A stretch of 64,000 nt of DNA from Macrostomum lignano (taxonomy: Eukaryota). Positions 1 through 11,701 of this stretch are shown here, piece after piece. Below the pieces are notes generated by a model. That model ran no database searches, was not told the origin of the DNA, and was given only the letters and a program-made list of their open reading frames with translations. Within the stretch, counting starts at the first letter, position 1. Each line of letters starts with the position of its first letter. The stretch spans positions 1-64,000 of the forward strand of contig NIVC01000688.1 in assembly GCA_002269645.1 (NCBI GenBank). The letters run 5' to 3'. The translations under genes and the position numbers were made by a program.

Positions 1-600
1 TGTAAACAATCATAGAAGCGTCATGTAAACAATCAGAGAAGCGTCATGTAAACAATCATAGAAGCGTCATTTAAAAAATCATAGAAGCGTCATGTAAACA
101 ATCATAGAAGCGTCATGTAAACAATCATAGAAGTGTCATTTAAAAATCAGAGAAGCGTCATGTAAGCAATCATAAAAGCGTCATGTAACAATCATAGAAG
201 CGTCATGTAAACAATCATAGAAGTGTCATGTAAACAATCATAGAAGCGTCATGTAAAAAATCAAAGAAGCGTCATGTAAACAATCATAAAAGCGTCATTT
301 AAAAAATCATAGAAGCGTCATATAAAAATCATTGATGCGTCATTTCAACAATCATAGAAGCGTCATATAAAAATCATAGAAGCGTCATGTAAAAAATCAT
401 AGAAGTGTCATGTAAACAATCATAGAAGCGTCATGTAAACAATCATAGAAGCGTCATGTAAACAATCATAGAAGCGTCATATAAAAATCATAGAAGCGTC
501 AAGAAAAAATCATAGAAGCCTCATTTAAAAACTAATGAAAGTGTCATTTAAAAAATTAAGAAGCATCATGGTAGAATAAAAGAAGCGTCATGTCAGACAT
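1..600. repeat. 23-bp tandem satellite (TGTAAACAATCATAGAAGCGTCA), decaying to the right
   Basis: Unit visible from base 1 and repeated with variants to about 600. The array probably extends left of the window. Confidence 0.95.
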
Positions 601-619
601 GAAGGGTGTCATGTAAAAA

Positions 620-1700
620 TTAAATGCAGCTATAATGCTGTGCTGGGGAGAAAAACTGAGACGTAAAGGCTCTCAGAGAATAACTGAGATTACGGGGGGG
701 GGTTCTGAGATGTCAAAGCAAAAGTCATAAGCTACTTTAAAGTTCATGTACTTTACTCAATTTTTTTATTGCATTCTTTGTTGGCTCGCCACGGGGGGGG
801 TCGCTGATAAAAGAAGAGTCATGTAAAAAATAAAAGGAGCACTATGTATACATAAAATAAAAGTCATGTCGAAGTTAAAAGATTCATTTGGGAATTGCTA
901 CGATGTCAAAGCTTGGTGGAAATCGTTATAGTGCTGTGATTCTTAAAGAAGGAATCACTAAAATTTCAAGGCTTAGGGGAGAAGAATTGCTGAGATTTCA
1001 AGGCTTTAGGTTGGGTTAAAGTTAGGTTTAGGTCAGGTGTGGGTTGAGGGTTATATTTTATCGGGTTTCAAGGTTAACAGAATAACAGGGGATTTTTTAG
1101 ATTTCAAGGTTTATGGGGCCATCGCTGACATGTCAAGGCTTACGGGGGGAATAGCTGAGATGTCAAGGCTCACGGGGGTATAAATGAGATTTCAAGGCTA
1201 AAGTCAGAAGCTACATGTAGTTTATTGAAAACTTTTTATTACATTATTTGATGCCTCCTCAGGGGAGGGATCGCTGATAAAAAAAGCGTAATGTAAAAAA
1301 TAAAAGAAGCTTCATGTCGAAGTTAAGAGATTCATTTGGGAATCCCTACGATGTCGAGGCTTGCAGGGAATCGCTATAATGCTGTAGTAGTGCTATAATG
1401 ACTCTTAGAGAGAATTACTGAAATTTCAATGTTAGGTTAGGGTTAGGGTTAGGGTTAGGGCTAGGGTTAGGGCTAGGGTTAGGCTAGGGTTAGGGTTAGA
1501 AGGTTGACAGTTTTTAGATTTCCAAGGCTTATTGGGGGCATTGCTGTGATGTCAAGGGGGAAGTTGATATGTTAAAGCTTGTGGGGGGGAATTACTGACA
1601 TGTCAAGGCTTACAAGGTTTGACAGGAGATTTTTTTAAGATTTCAAGGATACATGTAGCTTATTAAAAAAACGTGTATTGCATTTCTTTGGCTCCCCAAC
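620..1700. repeat. Degenerate composite repeat: about 30-bp GGGGAATTGCTGAGATGTCAAGGCTTA units, a roughly 480-bp higher-order duplication and TTAGGG blocks
   Basis: About 720-960 resembles 1200-1420 (shared tcgctgataaaa...gtaaaaaataaaa...catgtcgaagttaa.agattcatttgggaat). Many gagat(g/t)tcaaggctt units are present. Confidence 0.75.
1431..1500 (+). repeat. Interstitial telomeric-like (TTAGGG)n with CTAGGG variants
   Basis: Direct read gttaggttagggttagggttagggttagggctagggttaggg... A more decayed block lies at about 1008-1050. Confidence 0.85.
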
Positions 1701-2153
1701 GGGGGGCGTAGATTGCTAGTCAGTATACTTACTTTAGCGTTTAACAAAAAAGTCTTCATTCATCCATTACCGATCGGTTATAATTTAGACAGAGTAGTTA
1801 TATAGATGATTGAGTTTTGAGTCATTTGTGTTTTGTGCATTATACGAGTAATCTTCAGAGTGTTAAGTGTTGAAGCCATGTAAAATAAAACGAAAGCTAA
1901 AAGTCCGACAGACAGTGCTTTCTAAAATCCTTAAAGTCCTTAACATAAAGCCGTTTCTAGACTTTTACATATTCTTACTTATTAGTTACTTATTACTTAT
2001 TACTTGTTATTACTTTTTAGTCTTTTTTAACTTCCATGAGCTCTAATAGTTATTTTAGATTGTAGAACTTTAATTTTTCAAGCGCTCTGGGTACAAGCAG
2101 ATGGAATGAATTTTATTTATCGACAGTACAATCCGATTTCTCCGATCTCAGAC

Positions 2154-3159
2154 TCAGTGGGTGTCATTGGCAATCGCATAGCAAATGAACCGGCCACTCA
2201 GTGAATGCAGAGGATTACTGTTGTATCCAAGTCTCAAACATAGCGGCGAACCAGATAGAGTTGAGCTCTCACCATTGGCAGGCTTGAAGTTTTCGTAATC
2301 GTAAAAGTTGGTTACAATTGAGCCATTAAAAATAACACCAACCGAGGCAAACTGATAGTCCCTAGGATTGGAAACACCATGAGAGGATTGGTAAAACCTA
2401 AACGAGTTCGAGAAGTTGTGCTCAAATTTAATTCCCTCGGCATCCTCAAAGAATTCACCTCGGTTGATTGTGCTCGAGCAGTCATAGAAGTAGTGGTACG
2501 TTTGATGGCTTTTTTTGCGAGTAGCTCTGGTGTATATAGTAAACTTCTTTGATTCGACAAGGTAAGTCGAGGCGAGAGTGTTTCCATTGGTGTCCACCTC
2601 GATAAAGTCTTGATCGCTGTTTCCAGGAAAATTTACGCCGTTGCCGTCTCGAGTCAAAGATCCATGAGAAGTCGTCAGGTATTTTGACGAGTTCATGAGA
2701 TTAAAGTAGCTCTTTCGAAAGTCGTAGAAGATAACCAGCTTCGAGAGAATGCTTTGGCTAAGATCCGGTGGTGGTGGTGGTGGTGGGTGGTGGCGTTGGA
2801 TCAGAAGCTGTTGAGTCCTCACTGACGTTTGACCATTGCAAGGTCGTCACGTAACTTACGCACCCAGATGTATTGGTGAATGAAAATAGGTTGAGTAGCT
2901 GTTGTGAGTCACCAAAGTAGCACAGGTACGAGCTGCCTCTACGCGAGTATGGATAGAGCACGGAGCAGTTCTGCGACAGCGCGCACTCAACGAAGCAGGT
3001 TCTCGGGTCCAGGGCACCTTCCAGTACAAGCAGCCGACTTAAACTTGAGTTGGAAGGGCAAATGGGGCTTCTGGTGAAGTTGACCTTGATACTTTCTGCG
3101 CTGACAGATCCTGCCGATGCCAAGAGTAGCAACGCAAACACCATAGGTTGATTCTTCAT
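2154..3159 (-). CDS. Intronless secreted protein (signal peptide + PAN/apple-like Cys domain + Pro linker + LamG/ConA-like domain), split by a 1-bp frameshift at 2785-2787
   Basis: ORF 2758-3159 starts with a hydrophobic signal peptide and has six Cys in PAN-like spacing. ORF 2154-2822 overlaps it at a (CCA)n run, and removing one base gives a 334-aa ORF. Domain names come from motif recognition only. Confidence 0.6.
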
Positions 3160-4144
3160 TTTTTAGCTATGAAGCTGATGTCTAGTAGCTAACTTCTGTC
3201 GATAATGAAAGTTTAGAGACCATAAGCCTATGTGAGAGAAAATTTATTCTTCTAGGGCGAAAAATTATGCAAATTTATACATAAACAAATAGGAAATCAA
3301 ACCCCGCCCCATCGCAATTCTACGGTAGTCAGTCACTGCCTCTGACGGAAGCTTAACTTCCCTGTCACGCCATAGGGCGTCTACAGAGACTGTAAGCTTT
3401 TGTCTTCGTCTTCTTTTCACGCCTAATTTGATGAATGTGTTTAGCTAATGGGCACCCGGATGCAGTTTTCTGGGCCCAGGGTGACCTTCACTGCACGATT
3501 TTCATTCTACCCTGAGACGTCTACGCTTTCACAGAGCTCGCATCCGCCCTGAAGATTCAATGCGACCAGAAACAATAAGTCATTGTCTGTTTAACAATAG
3601 GACTATTCTTTCCACGTTGTGAAATGCCATGTTTTCGAATCGAAATGCAAGCATAAAGTAAATCTTGCTCGGTTGATTTGTTTTTCTGAGTTGAAGTTTG
3701 TCTGCCAAGGCTATTTAACATTCAGTCAGATTCCTGCAGGTGATGCGCTTTTAACTTTCAAAAGTTGATATATTCCTGCCAGGGACATCTAAGCAACAGA
3801 CACATTGCTCAGACACCATCCTGTTCACCCATGCCCATAGAGTGACCATTTTAACAATACATATTTTGTATTGTACGCTCGTATATTGTAATTCTTAGAA
3901 AATATGCTAATTTAAGGTAAGAAAACTTGACACTGACACGTGCGAGTATGTCTATTTTACAGTAAAATCAACAAACTAAAAATTCTGATGCTCTTTGTCG
4001 GGCTCAACACTTATTATAAGTTTTGTTTCTTGTTCATTATTGAGGAAGTTAAGAATTTCAGAAATGGAATGATAAAAGGGATGCTGAGCCCACTCTCGAG
4101 AAGGGGGCTTTGAGCCAAACAGAATTTTGCTAGCTGAATGTTTA

Positions 4145-4565
4145 ATGGAATGGAATGGAATGGAGCGGAATGGAATGGAATGGAGCGGAATGGAATGGAA
4201 TGGAGCGGAATGGAATGGAATGGAGCGGAATGGAATGAAATGGAATGGAATGGAATGGAATGGAGCGGAATGGAATGAAATGGAATGGAATGGAATGGAA
4301 TGGAGCGGAATGGAATGGAACGGAATGGAATAGAATGAAATGGAATGGAATGAAATGAAATGGAATGGAATTAAATGAAATGGAATGGAATGAAATGAAA
4401 TGGAATGGAATGAAATGAAATGGAATGGAATGAAATGAAATGGAATGGAATGAAATGAAATGGAATGGAATGAAATGAAATGGAATGGAATGAAATGAAA
4501 TGGAATGGAATGAAATGAAATGGAATGGAATGAAATGAAATGGAATGGAATGAAATGAAATGGAG
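4145..4565. repeat. (GGAAT)n/(GAAAT)n pentamer satellite
   Basis: Direct read. GGAGC variants occur on the left and GAAAT variants on the right. Confidence 0.95.
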
Positions 4566-4569
4566 TGAA

Positions 4570-4906
4570 GTAGAGTGCTACGCGCCGCCTTCAAGATCGG
4601 CTACGATCGAGTGACCAACGCGGCTTTGTATCGCCGCGCCGGCCTGGTCCGTCCAAGCGACCTGCTGCGCCGTCGGCGACTCCAGCTGGCAGGCCACATC
4701 ATCCGCGCCGAGTCGCACTGCCCAGAGCCGGAGCAGGAGGTGCTGCTGCTAACGCTGCAGGCACCCTACCGGCGGGGGCAGTCGCGCACTCGGCATTTCA
4801 TCAACTGCCTGCTGGCTGGCGCCGGCGCCCCAGATTCGGCCGGCTGCGTGGCGTTCATTCGCGGCCTGGCCTTGAAGCGCACCCTGTGACGCTAACTGCG
4901 TATTCT

Positions 4907-4960
<54 letters not shown>
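4570..4960 (+). mobile_element. 5'-truncated RTE-type non-LTR retrotransposon 3' end with (TTG)n tail
   Basis: The translation RVTNAALYRRAGL...LLRRRRLQLAGHIIR resembles the RTE post-RT C-terminus. Stop at 4887-4889, short 3' UTR, then (TTG)n at 4908-4960. Confidence 0.75.
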
Positions 4961-5591
4961 GAAATGGAATGTGGACAAAGACCATGGCAAAACATATCCT
5001 ATAACAATTTATGCTGATCATTTGCAGTTCCAATTACTCCGTGCCTCAGCAGTCCTTAAAATTCGACAAAGCATCAGTTACTATATTGTCACTTACATGC
5101 AGAAGCAGAAAGGTGAGTTTGCTGGTCTGAATAGAATGGCTTCCAAAGTCGATACAATTAGCGCAATGTGTCGATGAAGAGATGGTTTAGTTGGCTGCCT
5201 CTGAGATAATGCATTCATTGAACAGCTACTGCCTGTTGACACGCCTGAAGGAACTGAGCCATGTCTCCAGATACAAATCAATGGTTTTCCAAGTGTTAAA
5301 ACAGTGACTATTGTACGTATTAGCTATAGTATTGTCCCAGTAAATTGCTACTTATTAAATTAGTGTAATAGAAATAGGCTTGCAAGTTGAAAGCATGCAT
5401 GTTAGCTCGGAGTCGATTATTGAACCACTTTCACTTGACAATCAAGCTGCATGCTCTCGCGGGCTTACTTTGCCTTCTTTCGTTCTTTTTTATTTATTCT
5501 TTAACGCTGCCTTTGCTCATTACAACTCTATGGGTTTGGCAAAAGACAGCATACCGACGCACACACAAGCCGATACTAACAATGGATAAAT

Positions 5592-5690
5592 AATCAGCGG
5601 TCCCAGTGCGTGACAACGATTGTCTGGCGAGCGCCGGAATCGCCGGAGCGCTCGCCAGACAATCGTTGTCACGCACTGGGACCGCTGATT
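5592..5690. repeat. Perfect 43-bp inverted repeat with 13-nt spacer
   Basis: 5592-5634 AATCAGCGGTCCCAGTGCGTGACAACGATTGTCTGGCGAGCGC is the exact reverse complement of 5648-5690. Confidence 0.95.
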
Positions 5691-5891
5691 CTTTGCATTG
5701 TTTTTCTGTTTAACGATCCTACAGACAATGCATTGTTTGTAGTAATGGATTGTTCTGCATTAAAAATGTGAATAATGATCGTCAAATTGCTAAACAATGG
5801 TAGATTGTATACACCATTTTACCTCCTATTTTGAACAAAGTCTTGTTCAAAAGAAACAAGCAGAACTTCAATTCAAACACTTTAAGAAATA

Positions 5892-6586
5892 TCGCTTTTG
5901 ACGCTCTAGATAAGACTTTAGACATTCAAAATAAGACTGCATAGGATCGCAAGCAAGGCCAGGCTAGCCACGGCCAGAGCATGCCCAGTCTTGGCTGCAG
6001 GAATGGCTTGGCCATAGACTAAAAAATGGAATATCAAAATGTGAATAAGACGCTCAATATGAGACCGGGAGTGAACGTAATTTATTTGCTTTTTGGCAGT
6101 CACCATACCATACAAACAGCTAAGGAGAAATTAGGCAATAAACAAGAAGCAGAATAGCATATCGAAATGTTTAGTCCATTTAGTCCGCAGCGATCCTAAA
6201 GGCGGACGCTCTCTTGATCTTGAGAATTTGAGCGGCAGCTTGGATGGTTGATCCATTGTTTACTGCGTCGATCAGACGCTGACGGTCTGCTGCAGGAATC
6301 GATGGTGCCATCACAGTGAAATCCAAGGGGTCAGATGCAACCCAAGGGGTGAAGAAGGAGAGCTGGCTGAGGGTCAGAGTTTTAGAGCAATATCTGAAGG
6401 CTTTCACACTCAGTCTCATATTGAGCGTCTTATTCTCATTTTGATATTCCATTTTTTAGTCTATGGCCAAGCCATCCCTGCAGCCAAGACTGGGCATGCT
6501 CTGGCCGTGGCTAGCCTGGCCTTGCTTGCGTTCCTATGCAGTCTTATTTTGAATGTCTAAAGTCTTATCTAGAGCGTCAAAAGCGA
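5892..6586 (-). mobile_element. Internally deleted TA-targeting DNA transposon (Tc1/mariner superfamily-like) with about 174-bp TIRs
   Basis: 5892-6065 is the near-perfect reverse complement of about 6413-6586. TA flanks both ends (5890-91, 6587-88). The minus strand interior encodes an HTH-like peptide MAPSIPAADRQRLIDAVNNGSTIQAAAQILKIKRASAFRI. Confidence 0.8.
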
Positions 6587-9586
6587 TACTAAGTCATGAT
6601 TTAGTGAATTAGCTCGTGAAGTAGTTTCTTGTTAAAAGTTCTTGACCCAAATATTTATTCAAGACACTCTCAGAATTTTGCATTCCAGACGCCAGATATT
6701 AATCTAATTAATATGCAAAGTGTGCATGGTGAAAATGTTCGATCCGATTTTTAATCTGCTGTATTTTCAAATGTCCACCACGTAGAAAATAAAGATCTGT
6801 CCTAAATTAAATCTTTTTGATGCCCAGCCAGAAAGTGTCGAAATACGAAGTACCAGCAAATTTACAAAAATAATCCTTGTGAGTATTTTCAAACTTTTTT
6901 GAAAGAGGCCTCCAACAGTGACTCATTGGCCGAGAGCTGTCTCTCACTCTCGTCTTTAATGTTGCTCAATTTGACTCGCTTTTAGCGCTCTGCTTCCCAC
7001 AGCAAATGCATTTTTCACTGGGTATCGGGAATCTTTTGCATGGAAAAAGTTCTATATTGGTTTAGCCTGTGTCAAATTCCTGTCAATTCGAGCCGTGTTT
7101 GCATTATTCCGGCTTTTAGCTGGGAAAACACCAAAGCGTGAATTTTAGTTAAAATGAGCTGATAGAAATTTGAATTTTAGATTTCTAGAATACGTGGCAT
7201 TTAGAGTTTAATGGCATTGAATGGCTCTCTAAATAGAAAATACGACTCTACGCTTATATGCGACACTGGGACTGTTTGAGTAGAAATTTGCAGTAGAAAA
7301 ATTTCACATCTTCACAGATGGCTTCAGCTGGCACCTGGAAGCACAGTTTGACTTAGTGGACTCGTCTGGTTCTTGGTTGGTGCCCCTATCCCTTTCTATT
7401 AGGCCGATGGATGCTAAACCTCCAAGAGGTGGCAAAAGCTGGGCTCATATCAGTTGTTGAGCAAAGAAAATGAGAATACGTGTTGCATGGTAGTTATGAA
7501 TTGCTTCTTTTGGAATAGGCCTGCTCGCTCTGTTACATTTTTTGTTCTTTTTGTCTTCTGCTACCACAAGCCTCTTTTTCCGCCTTACCGTTGCTTGCAT
7601 CTTTCTCCCATACAGTCTCACGAGACAGCCCTGAAGTGAAGTTCTCTTGATTTACAAGGCAAACCCTTACTTGCTGCTTCGAAATATTGCTTCTCACAGT
7701 AAAAAGTGCTAAATTTGTTCATTTTCTACTGACAGTAGCAGTCTAGGGGAATTGGAGTAGTATTCATAAAAATCGCAAATCATCGAATAATTTTTTATGA
7801 TGTGGCATATTAGTTTGTTAGCTTGCAGTAGGGCAGCAAATCAATGCGTTACTTCCATTCCGCTGACCCAGGAGCACACAGATAAGTATGCAGGCACACA
7901 CTCGCACCGGGTGTCTGGGCTCAAATTTTTTCGGCAATACGAGACTTTACTTAATGTGACTGCACACGGTATCAAACACAGGGTTATTGTGACCACTTAT
8001 TGTCAGACGCCTCCTAAATCCCAGCCAGGTCGAAAACACATCTCGTAGTGTTCAATTCTTAAGTTGATCTTCTCTTGAAGCTCTGAGCGCTGAGATAAAT
8101 GCTATAAATTCTTGTTTGTCGACTTATCGCGGCACTACACAGCCTATTCACCGGCTGGCTGCAGAGTGGCAGCCATCCATGACGACCTTGTCCAGTGCAG
8201 TACCTGCCAAAGCATAGTTGGATAGACTGAGAGAGCTTTGGGAGGCCAAATCGTATTGAGGGGCTGTGTTGTTGTGTATTAGTTACGAGTTGCTTATTCC
8301 CAAGCCGCTACTTCACTCTGAGCGGGAGCGAGCCTGCCTGCTATAGCTATCTGCCTGGCATTGGCATTCCATTGTCTCTCCCTTAGCCCCCGTCCCCATC
8401 GCGTAGCGTCGGCCTCGCCTGCAGCTGCAACAGGTTGGCATGGCAACAAACAAAGCATCACTCTGGGGGCCCGACGAGCGCTGGAATAGCTGGAGGAGCA
8501 GTTTAGAAGGCATCCCCATCTCCGCCTCTTCAATCCACCTTCTGCACATCAGTTGTTCGTATCGTCTAATTGAGTTTTTAGCAATATTTTTAGCGTCGCT
8601 GTGGGGAGGATGGGGGAGGCAGGCAGGCAGTCAGGTAGGCGGGTTGAAGCTGGGGCTGCAGCAGATAACTCCCCATCCCTATCCTCCCAGTGCATTATGC
8701 AGATCCCAGAAAGGGAAAAAGACAGACTTTCTGCTACTGCTATTCAACACTGGGCTAGGATCTGATATGTACTTTTCGGGACAGAATCTTTCCTATTTAC
8801 AAGTAGTTCTGCTTTTTCAAGATGCTACAAATGATGCGGCTGCTTATGGATCAGAAATTCAGATTAAATGTGCAGCTGATTACAGAAAGCCTCTCACAAA
8901 TCCATGATCATCATTTTGAAAGCTAAAAATTGTTTGGGCAGCGCAGCAACAACTGCTTCCTGTAGCTCGGGTGAATTGAGCATAGCGTTGCAGACAATGC
9001 TCAACAATATATTTTTGCCTTGCTCATCGAAGGACCACTTAAAAACTCAAAAAATCATTTGAACGCCCGATTTTGTTTCACAATGCGTAAGAGAGACAGA
9101 ACGTTTTTCGTTACTAAATTTGTTGGTTCCTTCCTGAATCTCACAAAAGTTTGCAGGTCCCGAAATCAACTTTTGCCAACTAGCAATGGTGAAATGGTTG
9201 CTACATGTTTTTATGAATAACTATCGTTTGAAGACTGTCTGTGTTACAGCCCAATTTGATGCTACAAAAGGATTAAAATGCACACAGTGTTTTTGCCAGT
9301 AATCCAGTCCCTAACAGGATCGTGTCGAAATTGAATTTCAATAGACACTTTTACGAAGTAATCGACTTCCCTTTGAAAACACGCCAGCTAACGTAAAGTT
9401 TGCAAACGTAGCAGCTAAGAAATTGTAAAGTTCGAGCCGTAAATCTGAACAACTGTCTTGCTAATGCGTTTTGATGCGACAGTGGTGTGGCTTCAAGCAA
9501 GTTTCCATAATATTAAAGCTCCAATTCATGTACTGACAGTTTCCTGTGTGTGTTTCGGTCACGCATCAATGCGGCGAATTCTGGCA

Positions 9587-11701
9587 TCAATCGTTGACGA
9601 TAATCTTCCTTCCACCGGGTGTCAGCGAGACAGAAGACCGCCTCGTCCGATTCGATCGAGTTCGATTTCCACCGCCGTGCCGTCCAGCCGCGTCCTCGTC
9701 GCTGCCGCTGTCCGAATCGCTGCTGTCCGAATCGTCGCTATAGAAATCTTCCGGCTGGCTGATGCCCAGCTTCAGGCTGAGCCACATCAGCTTAGCCGTG
9801 AGCTCGTCCTGAATGAGATTCATGCACATTGACAGCATGGCCAGGCCAAAAACGCAGTACACGGCTCCAATTAGTAGTTCGATCACCACGCTGATCTGAA
9901 ATCAAAGTCAGGTTTTGCTGCGTTCTCGCACCGAATAAATAAATGTACAGAAATCAGAGTCAAATGTACCGACATTGTCAAACGGTCCATTCCTTCCGGG
10001 CACGTAGTCCCCAAAGCCGATGGTGCTCAGAGTGATAAAAGAGAAGTAAGTGCCTTCAACGATGCTCCACTCAGTTTCCCAGATGCGGAAAACGGCAGCG
10101 CCGAGTAGGATGTAGAGAATCAACAGCAACAAAGTGATCGTGATGGGAATGTTCACCACGCCGTCGTCATAGAAACCATCATCATCGTCATCGTCGTCAA
10201 CTACAACGACCGAGCTGACCTGTTGAGAAAAATGAAGCTTATTTATGTATTGATTTAACTCAGTTTTTATAGGAGTGATGAAAAGATAGTATACTGACGA
10301 AACGCTTGTAGAGTGTGAGCACCCTGGCGAAACGCCTTTGATGACGTCGCCCCCCTAAATTCTGAGCACATACACGCGCGCTAATACTGTACGCAGGCAC
10401 GCACTCATACACACGCTCACACAGGATGTAAAGCGGCCCTGACTTTCTAATCGTCACGCAAGTACTCTCTCTAGGTTTGAGCCTCATGAGTGTGAATTTC
10501 ATGACAACTCATAATCGAACCCAGGATCGGACACGTTTACCGCTGAACTGCTCTGCCCCTTAAAACTAACCTTAGGAGGCGGCTGCTTCTCAGAGCTATC
10601 AGAAACCGTCCGAGCCATCTCTGCGTCCTTGCGCCTCTGCAGCTCAGCTTCCGCTAAACTCCTGCCAAAAGTGCTTTTAGTAATGAAGCACTTGCAGCAG
10701 AAGATGTTGAGGTAGAAGCTGCGAAACAGCGTGGCAGTTGGGCCGCCGATTTTGGTGAGGAACAGCAGCATGAGCGGAATGCCGAGCACGGCGTAAATCA
10801 TGCAGATCACTTGGCCCCACTTGGTAACTGGCGCAATGTGACCGTAGCCTGGAGTTTCGTATCGAATAATACCATAAATGAAGCTTCAATGCATAGTTTG
10901 TGTTATTAGTTGGTTTTCAGGGGTCGAAGCTGGGACTGCTTACGGGGGACAATCGGAAACAAAATCAAGAATCGAGATCAGCTGTACAGTGACTTCGAAC
11001 CCAAAATAACTACGGCAAAGGTTCGACTTCAAAGTTTAAAGCAAAGCTCTGTTCAAGGTTCTGTGCAGACTGTTTTTCATAAACCATGGTGAGCAGAACG
11101 ACTCACCGATAGTGGTGATTATCGTAGCGCAGAAATAGATGCTATTCGGCAAAGCCCAGTTCGGCATGTTTTCAGCCTCCCCGATAGTGCTACAGTTAAC
11201 GCCGGGGTCGACTCCGAGGGTGTACACGTCCTCGGCGAAGGTTTGCAGCTCAGTGAGAATAGCACTCTTGGATAGGGACGCGTTGGCACCCTGGGCGATG
11301 TTGTAGACTCTGTCCACCGCTTCGTTGCGTTTGGATTCGTACTTGTCCGACTTAGTCTCGCAGGCCGAGATTTCGTTCACCACCTCAAGATAGTTGAACA
11401 GAAAGCCGCCCATGGTCAGGTAGAGAACGATGAGAAAGAAAATTCCAAGGTGAGACAGGATCACCGTGAAGATTTGGTGAATGCAGCTGCGCCTGTTGGA
11501 CGAACTTGATGCCTGACGACGCTTGGTCTCGGCTCGAATGTCGGACAGATTTGGAGACTGCTTGCCGCCGGCCGAAGCTCCGCTGACGAGCCCGGCGTTG
11601 CGCTGCTTCGATGATGGGCGCTCCGTGCCGCTGCCGCTGCCGCTTGCGCTGCCTGAGCAGAACTGGCTGAACTCGAAGTCGTAGCCGCCGTTGGCTGACA
11701 T
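9587..11701 (-). CDS. Two-pore-domain K+ channel (K2P/KCNK/TWK family), paralogue A, about 475 aa
   Basis: Exons 11701-11107, 10848-10571, 10219-9974, 9895-9587; GT-AG junctions; total 1428 nt in frame. Pore loops TTIGYG and STIGFG, four TM segments, extracellular cap. Confidence 0.92.
10390..10559 (-). mobile_element. tRNA-derived SINE family 2, copy in K2P-A intron 2
   Basis: The minus strand starts GGGGCAGAGCAGTTCAGCGGTA (A-box-like) then GGGTTCGATT (B-box-like). The body motif gattagaaag...gccgct...tgtgtgagcgtgtg is shared with 29990-30176 and 21665-21740. Confidence 0.6.

Noticed and set aside
1431-1500. True chromosome end
   Set aside because: Only about 70 bp, flanked by non-telomeric DNA on both sides, and in the wrong orientation for a left end.
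4145-4565. Human satellite II/III contamination
   Set aside because: GGAAT is a simple pentamer that arises independently. The flanks are continuous with non-vertebrate-like genes and TEs.
5029-5113. Possible orphan plus-strand exon (TTTGCAG...AAAG|GTGAGT)
   Set aside because: The splice signals are plausible, but there is no recognisable protein similarity and no partner exons were found.
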